Assembly (NCBI GenBank): GCA_013239625.1 | Contig: MU054220.1 | Location: 6,680,626-6,744,625, forward strand | Source of the DNA: Lama guanicoe | Taxonomy: Eukaryota | Reading direction: 5' to 3' | DNA length: 64,000 nt | Part shown: positions 35,601-48,962 of the stretch, piece after piece | Layout: each line of letters begins with the position of its first letter | Position numbering within the stretch: position 1 is the first letter of the stretch | Translations under genes and position numbers: made by a program | Notes under the pieces: model-generated | Told to the model about the DNA's origin: nothing | The model's database searches: none | Seen by the model: the letters and a program-made list of their open reading frames with translations, nothing else

Positions 35601-36189
35601 CGAGGTCTAAGTGTCATATCCACGTGTGGGCTTCTCTGAGATAAATGAATGAACAGAATCATCAGAGTTTCCTGTGAGAAGTAAACTGGAAGCTAGCCAT
35701 TAATGGATTTGGAAAAACCTAAATGCAGTTCATTGTATCAACATGTGGGAAACACTGGTATACCTTTCTCAAGACAAAAATATATAACATTCATTATGCT
35801 TAGCTCAGAACTGTTCCTACCTGAAGCCCCATAAACAATGCACTGAGGGGCATGCAACGAAGATGCTATCTCATTAGTTCAGGAATGTGAAAGTACTTTG
35901 TGGGCCCAGAAATAATTATAAAAAGTAAAATGTTCTCCTTTAACATTTTCACTATGTTATGATTCTGAACGTGTGACCGTATCTGCTGAACGGGTCCTAC
36001 AAATATGAATACAAATATGGACATGTGATTAAACTTGGCAGAAGTGGATTTAATTAACCTGGAGAAGAGAAAAATCAAGGAGTATTTGAAAGATGTCTTT
36101 ATTTTAATAAGGGGGCAATATAGGAATGATAATTAGCAATGTTCTTTGCATTCTTTGGGATTGAAGTGGTCCAAAGTGAATGCTTGCTT

Positions 36190-36370
36190 CCAGGATACTG
36201 ATTTCTGTTCAACACAAGGAAGATTTTCTAGTAATCTGAGCAGTCTAAAAGTGCAGGAGACTGCATCATAAAACTGTAAAGGTCCTGTCACTAGAGGTCA
36301 GCCAGCAGTGGTGCATGAGCCCTTTGCAGGGGTGTTTTGGATAGGGCTTTAAGCACTAAAGAGATGGCTT
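36190..36370 (+). mobile_element. CR1/L3 LINE 3' fragment
   Basis: tcaacacaaggaagattttctagtaatctgagcagtctaaaagtg...cctgtcactagaggt...gcagtggtgcatgagccctttgcagggg resembles the CR1/L3 3' end. Confidence 0.55.
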
Positions 36371-38669
36371 ATACACAATTTTTAGTAAAGTGGTCATTTT
36401 TTTCCAAATCAAATTCTCCAAGTCTTAGTCTGACAATATTTCTGTCTAGCTTCTTATGTCTTTCAAACATGTGAAAATTAAATGTGAAGTTGTTTGAAAT
36501 AAACTAAATACCATTATTGAAAAGGATAACATCTACGTGAAATGTGCATATTTATATGTTGTAATGATTAGAAACATATATCAGCTTATTACTGCACACT
36601 GTTCATTGTTAATATTTGTTTTATGTGAAGCATTCTCCCAGCGTTGCGTTTGGTTTTGAGGATACAGGCAGGCCTAGATTTCACAAAACTTACGGATTGA
36701 TGGGGGAGGCAGAGGGTAAACTAATGAGCAAATGAACAAAATCATTTATCACAGATTATGTTATAAAGAAGGTAAGCAGGATGGTGGGTTAAAAAGAATA
36801 ACAGAAAGACCAGTTTAAATAAGGTAATTAGGGAAGAATTTTCAGAGGAGCTGACATTTAAACTGAATGTGAAGTGTAGGAAGGGGCCAGCCCCTTTACA
36901 TAACCTTACGAGTTATTAATCCTTTCAATAACCCTATGAATTGAGAACTATTATTGTCTTAATATCATAGAGGAAGAAACTGAGACTTAGCTAAGATTTA
37001 CCTGCACAAGTTTAAATGCTAAAGCATGGTAAAGCTGTAAAATCCCTGTTGGAGCTGGAATCCATGAACTTTAGTTTTTAGGCCCCTTCTGACCGAGTTT
37101 CTGTGACTGAAACTGACTAGTACGACTTGGATAGAGTGAACACGGGGACACGCTAGTCCCTCTCTGTAGGGCCAGTGATTTACGAGTAGCTTGAAGAATG
37201 CTAAACTTCCATGAAAGAGTTAGAATATTGTGACTCAGGAATATATCCTAAACCAGGTGAAACTGGTGACAGTTCTTTTTGTTTGTTTGTTTGTTTTTTG
37301 GACATCGATTGTGGTAGATGCAGAGACAAAAATTGGTGGAAGAGAATTTCCCAGTTGACTTTGATGCCATTTGGACATTGTTGATGTATTATATGTACAT
37401 TGGTCTAAAAAAAGAAATTCAGGGATTCAGGAGGACTGTACCCATTGAAGACAAATAGTGCCTTATCTTGGGTCTAACTCATCACTGAGGGTAGGGCTAT
37501 GTCAGGAGGCAGAGCAGGATGTGGTACTACTGTGTAACTGCTACTGTGTAACATTGCGGGCAGCCACTGCATTTCTCCAAACTCAGTTTCCTCTTCATGC
37601 TCAAAGGCTTTCTGACAATGTTAGTGACAAATCTGTAAAAGCCAATCTCTTCTTCATATTTAAAAAGTTAGTGGAAGCAAAGATGTAAGTTCAAGATTCA
37701 TGCAAAAATGGAACTCCAGGGAAGAATGTCATCTTCAGAGACACTTGCTTAAAGGGAACATAATGCACCTTGTAGACAGTTCTAGAAAATACTGTTGGTA
37801 TAAATTCCCCCCAAATAGAAAGTAGATAAATTGTTAACTTTACAAATAGATTTCTTTTTCTCTTTTGAATGTTTGCCTACAATTCTTCAAATTTGTCTAT
37901 GCCTTAATGCCAGCATTATATATTTATTTGGCAAACATCCACTCTCTTTTTAAATTCAGAACACCCGCCCACCCACACACACACTAGCATTAATTTGAGT
38001 TTGAGAAGGCTGTGTATATACCATTAACACGTACATCCTCATAATAAAAATTTACAAAAGCTTATTTTACATTAGGGGATGAAAGAGCTGTGTCCCAGAT
38101 CACACTTGTCCTTATGCAGAAGCTCACTGGGAATTCTTACTGAAGGATAAAACTCTTGAAAGGGCTTCTGATCTACCAATCATACAAGATTAATGTTATC
38201 TTCATATATTCAGCATACTGATATTGAGTTATTTCTATGAGCCAGGCATTGTCCCAGGCATGTGGAATGCAAAACAGACATAAGGCATTGTTGCTCTGCT
38301 CAATAAACAAGAGTTTTGATATGCAAAGGATGTCAAGCTCACACTGATTTTGTTATTGCAATGGTATTTGATAATGCAAATATTGAGCATCTACTTTGGG
38401 TGTAACTGTGAGGCAAGGGCTTTGCACATGTTACTCAAGCCTACCCTATTTCACTATGCCAAAAAGCATTACTTATTTTATATAAATTATATCAATGGTG
38501 GCCCCTTGAATTATAGAATGTGATGGTTCTCATTGGATCTGAATGATGCTGAAGCCACAATGATAATATTACCCTGTGAAGTCTATTGCTATAATACTAT
38601 AAGCAGATAATTCATGATTACCTCTAGTTTTTTTTATAAGTGGAAATCATATATTAGAAGTCATTTAAA

Positions 38670-38842
38670 GGGGGAGGGTGTAGCTCAGTGACAGAGTGTG
38701 TGCTTAGCATGCATGAGGTCCTGGGTTCAATCCCCAGCACCTCCATCAAAAATAAATAAATAAACCTAATTACCTCTCTTCCTCCAAAAAACCTCAGACA
38801 GCAACAAAAAGTAATAAAATTGAAAAAAGCAAAAAAAAGAAC
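38670..38842 (+). mobile_element. tRNA-Ala(AGC)-derived SINE, camelid vic-1-type
   Basis: Head ggggagggtgtagctcagtg (A box)...ttagcat (AGC anticodon loop)...gggttcaatcccc (B box) agcacctcca, then aaataaataaataaacctaattacctc and an A-rich tail. Confidence 0.85.
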
Positions 38843-40879
38843 AGAAAGCAGTTTAAACATTTTTTAAAAAGTTATTTATATCATTTATCTTAGGAGAAAA
38901 ATAATGCCTTGCAACAGCTCTCAGTACTAGGTATATGCACAAACTACAGATACAGCCACTTTTTAAAAGCTGAACATTCACAGGTTGAGAGGCCATGCAG
39001 AATTTTTGCTTAACCTTCTCCTTATAGAGAGCCACCCAAGATGTCTTGCAGGAATAATCTGTCTAAGGTACAGCTACATGTTTCTGTTTTTTTTTTTTTC
39101 CTAGCCACATTATGGAGATAAGGAAAAACACCACCACCTGATGACAGGATTAGAGCTATGACCCCAAAGTTTTAGAATTTAAATGTGAAAATTTTACCTC
39201 CTATTGAATGAGAAAAAAACATACATATGTCAAGGTCAATTGGGTTTTTTGTCTGAACAGTGACATTCATCAATTCTTTATTTTTGTCTAGCACAAGGAA
39301 AGAGTATTTTTATGTAGCTATAGTAAAAGTTTATGTAAATATATATTTAATGATGACAAACATCAGTAGAGCGGAGGGGCAGAGGTTAAAAGGAGCTAAG
39401 ACATGAAAAATTTAAAGCAGTGGATTTGGATGTCATCAATCACAATTTACGTTCTAGAAGGGGAGATAGACTATGCATTACTAGTCTTACTATACCAACA
39501 TTCTCAGATTTGCCACCCACACAGTTTACACCTTTGAATATACCCAAGATAGTTCATTAATTCTAAGTTTCTTTTTAATGTTTAATACTTAATGGAGAGA
39601 AGCTGTGATAGCTCAAAAAAAAAAAGTAAGAAAAGTTGGTGCTGATGATGATTCTGCAAAGAAAACTCATCTTTATTTAAATACAGATTAAAATAAGGAC
39701 TATGTGCTACTAGAGTGTTAATGTAGTTATTTAGCAGAAAGAAAGAGAATGCCAGCTTAATGTGTCCATCGGCTTTGTACTTTTTTTTGATACAGTTGTG
39801 TTATTTTGTTTCAGGACCATAATTTTGCCTTCCTGCTTCTCCTTTCCCCACCTTAATACCCCAGCCAAGCTGGATGCAAATGTTCTAGTTTGTGTGAACA
39901 AGCTGGACAAATGTTACTGGAGTAAATTTGTTACCACTCCAGGAAAACATCTCAAAGCATGTACCATGGTGGGTTGGTAGGCCAGTGATTAGACAGGTAT
40001 AAATTTTTACTGTTGTAACTCTTATGAAATAAACCATAAGATATAGTTGGAAAATACTGGAAATACTATATTGTATTTAGTTTTCCTCTAAGAAATGGCT
40101 TAATTGGTTTTGTCTACTGCAATTACCTAAATTCATCTAATGGACTTGATATACAGATTTCATGATGCTCTTAAAAATCACACTTATAAATTCATGAATA
40201 TGAATATCAACCAGTGTTTTACCTTCAAATTAAGGTTGATTAAATGTCTTAAATAGCTGTCATTTAAAAAAAATTCTTTCTGAATTTTAATGAACATATC
40301 TTATTAAGCCCTAGGATTCCCATGATTTTTAGACCTCATATCAAATGGGATTGACTACATTTTTCTTGAATTGCTTCATATGTGTGAGTTGTATTTCCAT
40401 AAGATTAAAGTTTTCTTAATAATACTCTAGGTCTTTTTCTTCTCTATATTCTTCTCATCAAATTCTTCTTGCTTCCTAAGCCTCTCCTGTTTCTCTTGGG
40501 TATTGCATAGAATGAAATAGATGCTCCATATATACTTTATGAATTAAATAACGCTATTTTCGATCTCCTGTAGCACCCATAGCAGCCTAGATTATACAGA
40601 AGGAACACAGTAAATTCCCATTGATCAATGATAGATAGGTCCTGAACCTATGTGTAAGAATCTTAGCCTCCACACAGTCACATCAGTATTCTTACCAGAT
40701 TGTGCAACACTTTTTTTAAAAAAAAGGTCTCATTTTGATTCTTAATATTGTGTGACTCAAAGATGATCTTATTTCTGAATATTGAAGTACAATTATAAAA
40801 GGAAGGAAATAAGAAATGAAGAGAATTCCCCACGGTGACTTAAAATAAGAGTTGGGTGTTAAATTGCCTGATCTTAATC

Positions 40880-41090
40880 AAGGCAGGTGGGCAGAGTGCA
40901 AAGGGGTTGTTTTCTGAGATCCTAAAAACATGGTTCAAGTATGACTCCTCAATACCTTTGTGAATTTGGCAAGTCATTGACCTTTCTGAGGTTCAGTTGT
41001 CTCCTTTCAACAAAAGTATAGTAATTAAATATGCTATGCGGGATGGTTCTGAGAATTAAAGAAACTGCCCTGTATAGAAAGCCTGTAAAG
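40880..41090 (+). mobile_element. MIR SINE
   Basis: tgtgaatttggcaagtcattgacctttctgaggttcagttgtctcc...gggatggttctgagaattaaa. Confidence 0.65.
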
Positions 41091-41408
41091 AATGCTTCAC
41101 AAAGACGGAAGAAGGTCAAAAGCTGTGAACTTCAGGTTTCCTCTCACTCGGTTACACTTGCATAATACAATTGGCAAAGAAAAGTTAGTAACTTACTGAA
41201 ACCGGATACATGGGGCTGGGATATACATTTCATTAATAGAAAAAAAAGCATTGGGCTATGTTGGAAATTTCTGTGGATACACCACCTAAACGCATGGGCT
41301 AAGTCATTTGAAAATTCTCATTGTGTTAACTGCTTGATTGCCATGTTTTGTTTGTCTGCTTTTTGTTGTTTTAATAGCCATCTTTTCACTATTTTTCATC
41401 CTTTTCAG

Positions 41409-41475
41409 TGTAGACTTACATGATCATCATGTGAAAGTGAATTTCCAAATATTGTCTGATGACGCCTATACCAAG
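41409..41475 (+). other. Candidate 67-nt internal exon (predicted)
   Basis: cttttcactatttttcatccttttcAG acceptor and AAG|GTAAAT donor. One open frame, VDLHDHHVKVNFQILSDDAYTK (not recognised). Confidence 0.3.
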
Positions 41476-44107
41476 GTAAATTCAGTGAATGCAAGCTATA
41501 ATTCATCAACTCAATGGTTAAAACCACAACCTAAAATATAAAACAAATAACATTTTATATAAACAAGAATTGATTCAAAAATGGATAATGTATAGCTTAT
41601 CCATTGTTGACAAAAGTTTCTCATTTAAAGGAGGAAGGAAAGCAAGATGCTATTTTCAACTCCAAAGGTTCAATGGTGATGTTATAAGAATGTTTACATT
41701 AATGTCTACTATATAATATAAAGTAAAAGACACCTTACAAAGTGTTAGTTGGTCCATATGTTACCTCATTTGCATTAATTGCTAGTACGGGTGTAATGTC
41801 AGAGGCAAAATTACGCTCTGTTCTGCCTTTCTCACCTCCTAGTTGTACATTCCCTCAATGGCATGGTACTGCTCCCATAATGCCCAGCACTGTACTTTAC
41901 TAGGAGTTCAATAAATGTTTGTTGAATTGAATCACCACATTAACATGTAAACTGTGAGATCGCAGAGTTTACAGCCAGTAAATCTTATTTTAAAAATCTA
42001 GGTTTACACAAGTTTGCATATTATGTAGAAAATGAACAAATTAAGCTGAAATCCAGTGCCTAATTTATATGCATTTCCATAAATTCATTTTAATAGTTTG
42101 AAGGGTTACCACTGACCAACAAGTTGGATAGGACACTAAGATGACCTAATTCCTTTTAGGGGAATTGATAATTTTTTAGAAGATTGCCCAGATTTTTGTT
42201 TAGTTAACAATTAACATTTTTTTTCCAGATATACCTTCTTTGGAGATTTTTATTTAGGGTTATTCATTCACCAGTTTTTGAGCCCTATTGCTTTGTTGAC
42301 TTCATGTGCTTGGTTTGACAGACACTGTTGGATGCTTCTTTGATAAGTAAAACTGATCAGGCCTTGCGAGTAAAGGATGATAACAAGTCACTGAAGCAGT
42401 TTAAAGATTTACCTCTTTGTCAAATTGTTGTTTTATTAAATAGTCACATTTCATTCAAGAAAGAGAACATGCTTGTGGCTTGTGGCATCCCAACCTTAGG
42501 CACCTTTTGTTTTGAGAAGCTCAGATCAGCCTGTTGTAGGAATTGGCCTCTTGTCAATTTAAAGAGAAATCAAGCTGGCTTCTTCACAATTTCTTCTACC
42601 TTCATTCTCATTTGTCTATCCAAGTAGGGCAGTGCTATAAATCTTCGTGTAAAGTCTCAGAAAGAAATATCCAGTGTGATGTTTATAAACCATGGTCCCT
42701 AGTCAGTATGCAAAAAACAAACAAACCAAGGGTGCCTTGCTTTTTCTAATGCAGTGCCCCTAAATTGAAGTTATGTGCCTGATCAGGTAAAAGCAATAGC
42801 TATGTTTCATATTTCATAGCATCCTTATCCTAGCTTCTTATATCTACTCAAGTAAGTTTAAGTGAAAGATATTGAAATTATTTAACAGGATGAGATGTAG
42901 CAAGATATTTTTGACAGGGTTTCCAAAGAAACCACAAAACAATAACGCGGTGAATCCTGATTTTAGAACAAATTCAACTTCTAGATAATTTGTGAAGCAA
43001 CATTGATATTTAGGAACTTAAAAAAATTTTTAAGGAAAACCCACAGCTCAGTTTCCAATCAGTCAAGACGTTGAAAAATGTATTTCTGTTGGGAACAAAG
43101 AAAGAATGGGGCTCAGTGCAAAAAGAAGAAGCTGTAGAGAGGAGGACTTGGATCTAAGGCTACACTCTTCCAAGGTGTTCAGTTGATGAAGTCTTTGTCT
43201 TGCAGTCACCGAGCTTCGTTCTGTGTTTCTGTGATCACAATGCAGTTTTTACACTCTGCAATTATCTTTAATTGTAAGGATACGCAACCCCTTATTAAGC
43301 TAAAAGGAAGATAGTAGCTGTGCATTTTAAAGAACTTATGAACTCCAGTAGCCTGTTTTGGGTTCTGAATGATTCTGACACCCTCTTGAATAGTGAGTGC
43401 CCCCATTTTGTCCCTTGTTTTTGATGAGTTTCTTAAAGCAAAAAATGCTGGGGACATTCTCTTAATAACTTGCCTCACTGCAGCGTGGTTAGCAGAGATG
43501 CATCTGAAGGTGAGCCGCTCCTATGTGTCCAGCGGGAGGGAAAGGTAACTTACACCACAGGTGCTACTTATCTGAGCAGAAAGATGAAGAGAGTGCTCTA
43601 ACACCTCCCTCTGTATCAGTGACTGTGGTTTCAGCCAAAGACCTTGAATTGTCTGATGGAAGATGTTACTTGATTCTGAAAAGATAGTTCAGTTGATAGC
43701 ATATAAGCCACTGATGTATTTGTGTACATCTGTGTTTGTCAGCCTGGAAAACAGCCCCCCGAACAACACGTACACACACATGCAAACCACCACCACCACC
43801 TCATCACCGTTATATATTGGAACCCTGTCATTCCAGGTCCCGCTCAGGGACAACTGTTTTAGTGGAGCTGTTTTTGTTTGCTCCTCTGCTCACTCCACAT
43901 GTCAAAATGAATCACTCCTTTCACTAGTATTGCCTTAATGCAATGTTTGTAACGCTATTTAGCCTATATTTTATTCTGCCTCATATCATTATAAGATATT
44001 CACATGACTGTTACCCCTAACAGCTTGTAAATACCCTGAAAGCAAGTAATAATGGTTTTTACTCTTTGTGCTTTCTTCCCAGTGAGTGAATAATATATAC
44101 AGACAGA

Positions 44108-44138
44108 ACACACACACACAAACACACACACACACACA
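44108..44138. repeat. Interrupted (CA)n microsatellite
   Basis: Read directly. Confidence 0.85.
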
Positions 44139-45179
44139 TTTATCCATCTATATAAACACACACATGTATACATATGGAGACTACAGAGTATAAATAGAAT
44201 ATATGCATGTATGATTATATGCCATATAATATGAACTTTAAAAGAGAGAAAGAGATTACCTTTTCTTATATATTAGCTGCTGAAAAGGCAATAAAATCAT
44301 CCCATTTGCCAGGTCACTGCCCCTGTTCCAGTAAGAGTGTTATATCAAATTATACTGCCAGTCGTGTGTATTTAAAAGTTAACACTATAACACAAGCAAC
44401 TGAATTCAATCCCTCTTCCTCCTCTCCATAAAAGAAAAATCAATGATTTGAAACAAGCAGGTTGATCGGATCTTGCAGTGCAGCAGGGTTCTCCCCGCAG
44501 ATCCTTGGGGATGTCAGAATTACCCTGCCCTCCCACACTCCCCCTCCAAGCATCTCATCTCTGTCTTCTGACAGCGAGTCTGCCTCTCCCTTCTTCTCCT
44601 CTGTTCATATTTATGATTCACTCAGAGGATATCCTTAGCGTGCCCATCAGACAGTAATTTCCAGGTTGGAAAAAACTGGTAGAGGTGCGCTCCAACTCTC
44701 ACAAAACCTTTTGAAAAATGCTGTATCAAGTAATTGCACAATTTTACTTGAAGTGTATCAAAACATTCTTGTATGCCCTCTGTGGATGTTTAGAAATATC
44801 ACATTTAAATGTTCACACTTCTTAAAAAGGATGAAAAGCCTGAGTGCCAATTTGTTTTTGCCAACATGCGGGCTGCATGGTCCTGATATTTCACTGTTAG
44901 CCTTTGGAATTACACTCCATCCTGTGGGATCCATTACATGTTAAGTGTAGTTTACTGTACAGTTCATATTCACAGTGAAACACATTCAAGAGTGTGGCTT
45001 GTTTCAAGAGACAAGGTCATGTTTCATTGTCATTAGTACATTTACATCACTATTTGTGGCTTCTGATATACAGGTGTCATTAGACTTTCATTTTGAGAAG
45101 GAAAGATTTAGGCAGTTTGTGAAATTTGTAACGTATTTCAATGTCTTTGAGAAACTATTTTGCTGGAAGAGACCACTTT

Positions 45180-48100
45180 TCACTAAAAAAAAAATTAAAA
45201 TGTTATCAAAGAACTCCCACACATGAAGCAACAAGCCCAGATGGTTTCACAGGCTGAAGTTTTACAGAACCTGCAAATACCATGCCATGCCATGCCATGC
45301 CGCGGCTAAATACGTTTTTACAGAATATAAAAAATGGCATAACTTTCTAAATTTCTTTTTATTTGGCAACTACAACATTGATACTAAAGCATTATAAAGA
45401 TAGGAAAAAAGCCTACAAATTAACCTCACTTACAAATATTTATGTAGAAGTCCTAAATAAAATAGTAGCAACAAAATTCAATACTATACTAAGATAATTA
45501 AACAAAATGACTCACTAAGATTTATCTCAGGAATGCAAGAGATTCAATATTAGAACATCTATTAATATACTTCACCAGATTAAGGGATTTGAGGAAACAA
45601 ATCACATGAATATTTCCATAAATATTGAGAAATTCTACAAATAACTTAACACCTATCTCCCACAAGCACACTCAATAATAAAATAATATATGTGCACTTT
45701 CTTAACCCAGTGAAAGATGAATGCCTTAATCCTGAAGCCATCAACTGCTTTACTGGGGAAATTATAGAGGCATTCCCACTAAGCTCAGGAATTGGTCAGA
45801 GATGCCTACTACGTCCACAACTGTGTGACACTATGTAGGAGATATTAGTTGCTGGAATTAAGATAACACATAAAACCATGGAATTGAAAGAAGAGTAAGA
45901 TTATTTGCTGATGATATAATAGTATACCTAGAAAATCCTAGAGAATCAATGTTAAAAGTAATTCAAACAGTATAATAATTAAATCAGGTAATAAGATATA
46001 TCATTAATACACAAAGCCAATAGCCTTCTGTATCAGTTAGCTATTACTACGTAACAAAACACTCCAAAACAAATAGATTTAAACAAATGGACAGACATCC
46101 ATTATTCTTGGATAGGATTTCTTAATATCAGAAAGATGTAAGTTTTCCCTAAGTGAATTAGTTAAATTAGCTGATACCTATAAAAAGATCAAGTATTTTA
46201 CTGCTACCAGATGAATTGATGCTAAAGCTCACATAGAAAAATAAATATGTACACATACCTCAGAAAAAAATGAGGAAGAGTGATGGTGGGTTCATGAATA
46301 GACCAGGAAGATACACGATAGAAAAAAAAAATGCAGAAATAGACCCAAATACATATGATTTGTTTTGCTTTTTGTATTTTATATATATACGTATATATAT
46401 ATATATATTTATACATATATTTATATGTATACTTATACATATATTTATATATATATACGTATATATATAAAATGACATCTTAAACCACTGAAGAGGAATT
46501 TTAAATAAAAAGATCAATTTGGATCTATATCCCTTCTTATACATAAGAAATTAAACTAAATGCGTCAGATGCGATGCATTAGTTTTGTTTGTTTTAATTT
46601 GTCACACAAGTACTAGAAGCAAACAAATTTGAATTCATTAGTAATTTGTAGTGAAAGATTTTTGAGCACTGACTCAAAATATTTGAAATTGTAAAGAAAT
46701 TTTGCATGAAAAATATTAACAAATCAAATTTAAAGGACCAATGATGAACATCAAGAAAATACTCAGAAAATATATTGCAGATAAAGGGTTAAAGTTCTTA
46801 ATAGAAATCACCTTTTTTAAATAATGAGCAAGACCAAAAGACCATAAAATTGGCAAATGACATAAGTAGTCATTTGACACAATAAAAGACGTACAGAAGG
46901 CTCTTAGATGAAAATATAGTCAACTTCATTCATAATAAGATAAATGCAAATTTAAAATATACTGAAGTCTCTTTCTCACCTCTCCAAGTGGCAAAATTAG
47001 AAAGCTTGACACCACACTCTGCTAGGATGGCTGTGAGGAAATAAATCATCTCATATAATTCTAGGGAGAATGTAGAATGATAACAACCCTCCTGGAAAGA
47101 GTTTCACAAAATGTGACGACACTCTGTACGTAGTTGTCTTTGACCCGGCTGTCATACTTCCAGGAGTTTGCCCTGAATATATAACTCAAAAGAAGGAGAA
47201 AGCATATACATGAGTTGACTCATTGCAGGAATTTGTATAATAACAAAATATTGAAACAAGTTAAATGCACATTCAGTGGAGTCCTGTTCAGCTAGCTCTC
47301 CCTTTCCTTCCAAAATACGGATAAATCTTCATTAAGTGCTAAACAATGATTTCTAAGATAATCTGAAGTGAAAATCAAATTTAAAAAGATTACATATAAA
47401 AGATGTCATACTTCTCACATACACACACATATAATATATTTATATAAAATGCGTATATACGTGCATACCTATATAGTATGCCGTATTTATGTATGTGCGT
47501 GTATTATCTTGATGTAAAAATGAGAATGTTTATTTGTATTTGTATATGTTCACAAACAAGAACTTAGAAAGAATAAGCCAGGAAGTAATGAAGTTGGTTA
47601 CCTACAAGGGATAGGCCGTTGTGAGCTTCTGGAGTTAGAGAAGAAGGTAGGACTTCTCTGAGTATATCTTTTTATATAATTTTGCCTTTTGCTCTAGAAT
47701 AACTTTTTATTCAGTCAAAAAAATAAACAATAATGGGGTAAAAAAACACTAAAATTGAATCAATAAAACTCAAAGTCTAACTTTTGATCAAATGTATAGC
47801 AAAAGACTAAATCTGAATTCATTCTGAACACAGTATTCTGTTTTACACTCTCAATAGGATTATAATCTAAGGATCGAAAGAACTGCACTTTAGTCAGTAA
47901 GCTTAATGTTGGTACTGGAGTAGTTATTTCAAAGTATTTTTTGTAAATTGTAGGGTCAGTCAAAAAAATTCTGTTGTCATTTTGGAGAAAGAGAAATACA
48001 AATATGCAGGTGATAAGGTGGGGAAGAAATCCCACGGTATGAAAAAGGGAAAACTGCTATTAACAGAAGAATGGCAACTGATACAAAGTGCACAAATTAT

Positions 48101-48330
48101 AAAGTCAACATTTAACATCCACAGTGGTGATAATTCAGGCAAAAATCATCAGTGAACACTAAAAGCAGGAAGCAAAAGATTATTGAGGTACAGGATATTC
48201 ATGAAGTTCAAGCTGCTTCTGCCCCCACACATGTATTTTAATTTTTATCCACAAAGGGAAGAAAGTTGTCTGTAAATGGAAAAAAAAAATGAAAACCATA
48301 CTTAAACCAAATAATTAAACAGGAACAGTA
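45180..48330 (+). mobile_element. Long, heavily decayed old L1 (L1M4/L1MC/L1ME-like), ORF2 RT to 3'UTR
   Basis: aagcccagatggtttcacagg, tttatctcaggaatgcaaga, gaggcattcccactaagctcaggaa, ttatttgctgatgatataatagtatacctagaaaatcc (FADD motif), aataagataaatgcaaattt, then 3'UTR motifs. Contains (CCATG)4 at 45280-45301, an MLT1-like stub at ~46029-46085 and a TA-rich tract at ~46380-46468. Confidence 0.8.
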
Positions 48331-48624
48331 ATGTGAAAAGCATATATGTAATTCTTTAATCTGTGAATTTCTCCTGATTCTAAATCTTGTTTCCATCATT
48401 TTTCCCTCTAGCAGTGTGTTTATTCCTAAGAATAAAACTTCTCTAATTGATCATTTGAGCATCTCTACAAAACTGCTATGTGTGCAGTCGCCATGCAGTC
48501 TTCTTGTTCCTCTGTCACATATAGCTTCCTGCTCAGAAATACTCTTCATTAAGACACAGTTTTATACGGACCACAAGTCTATGTTGGGGAGAGCCCAATT
48601 TTGTCTGTGATAATCAAAAGGGAC

Positions 48625-48962
48625 CTGAATTAGAATCATACTAGCTGTTTTAAAAAATAGATCCAAAATTTCATGGCTCAACAAGACAGAAGTTTATTTC
48701 TCTCTCAAGAAATAGTCCCTCATAGATGTTCATGCTGAATACTCTCAGGGATGTGCTTTCTTCTGCTTTAGCTGATTTCATAAAGAAAGGTACAGAGGAT
48801 CATGGCAGGCTGGTTTTGATGGACCATGCATCGTTTCGACTTGCATTCTGTTGGACAAAACTTAGTCATATGGCCATTCCTAGTGCAAAACAGGCTGGCT
48901 AATGTCATGTTCAGCCAATGAAAATGGGAATTAATCTGAGGGTATATCTAGCAGACTCTGGA
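48625..48962 (-). mobile_element. MaLR LTR, MLT1J-like
   Basis: ctagctg...atccaaaatttcatggctcaacaagacagaagtttatttctctctca...cattctgttggacaaaacttagtcatatggcc...ctagcagactctg. Confidence 0.7.

Noticed and set aside
38670..38745. tRNA-Ala(AGC) gene (also ~56463-56537, minus strand)
   Set aside because: Followed by a SINE body and A-rich tail rather than an oligo-T terminator, with stem mismatches. These are SINE heads.
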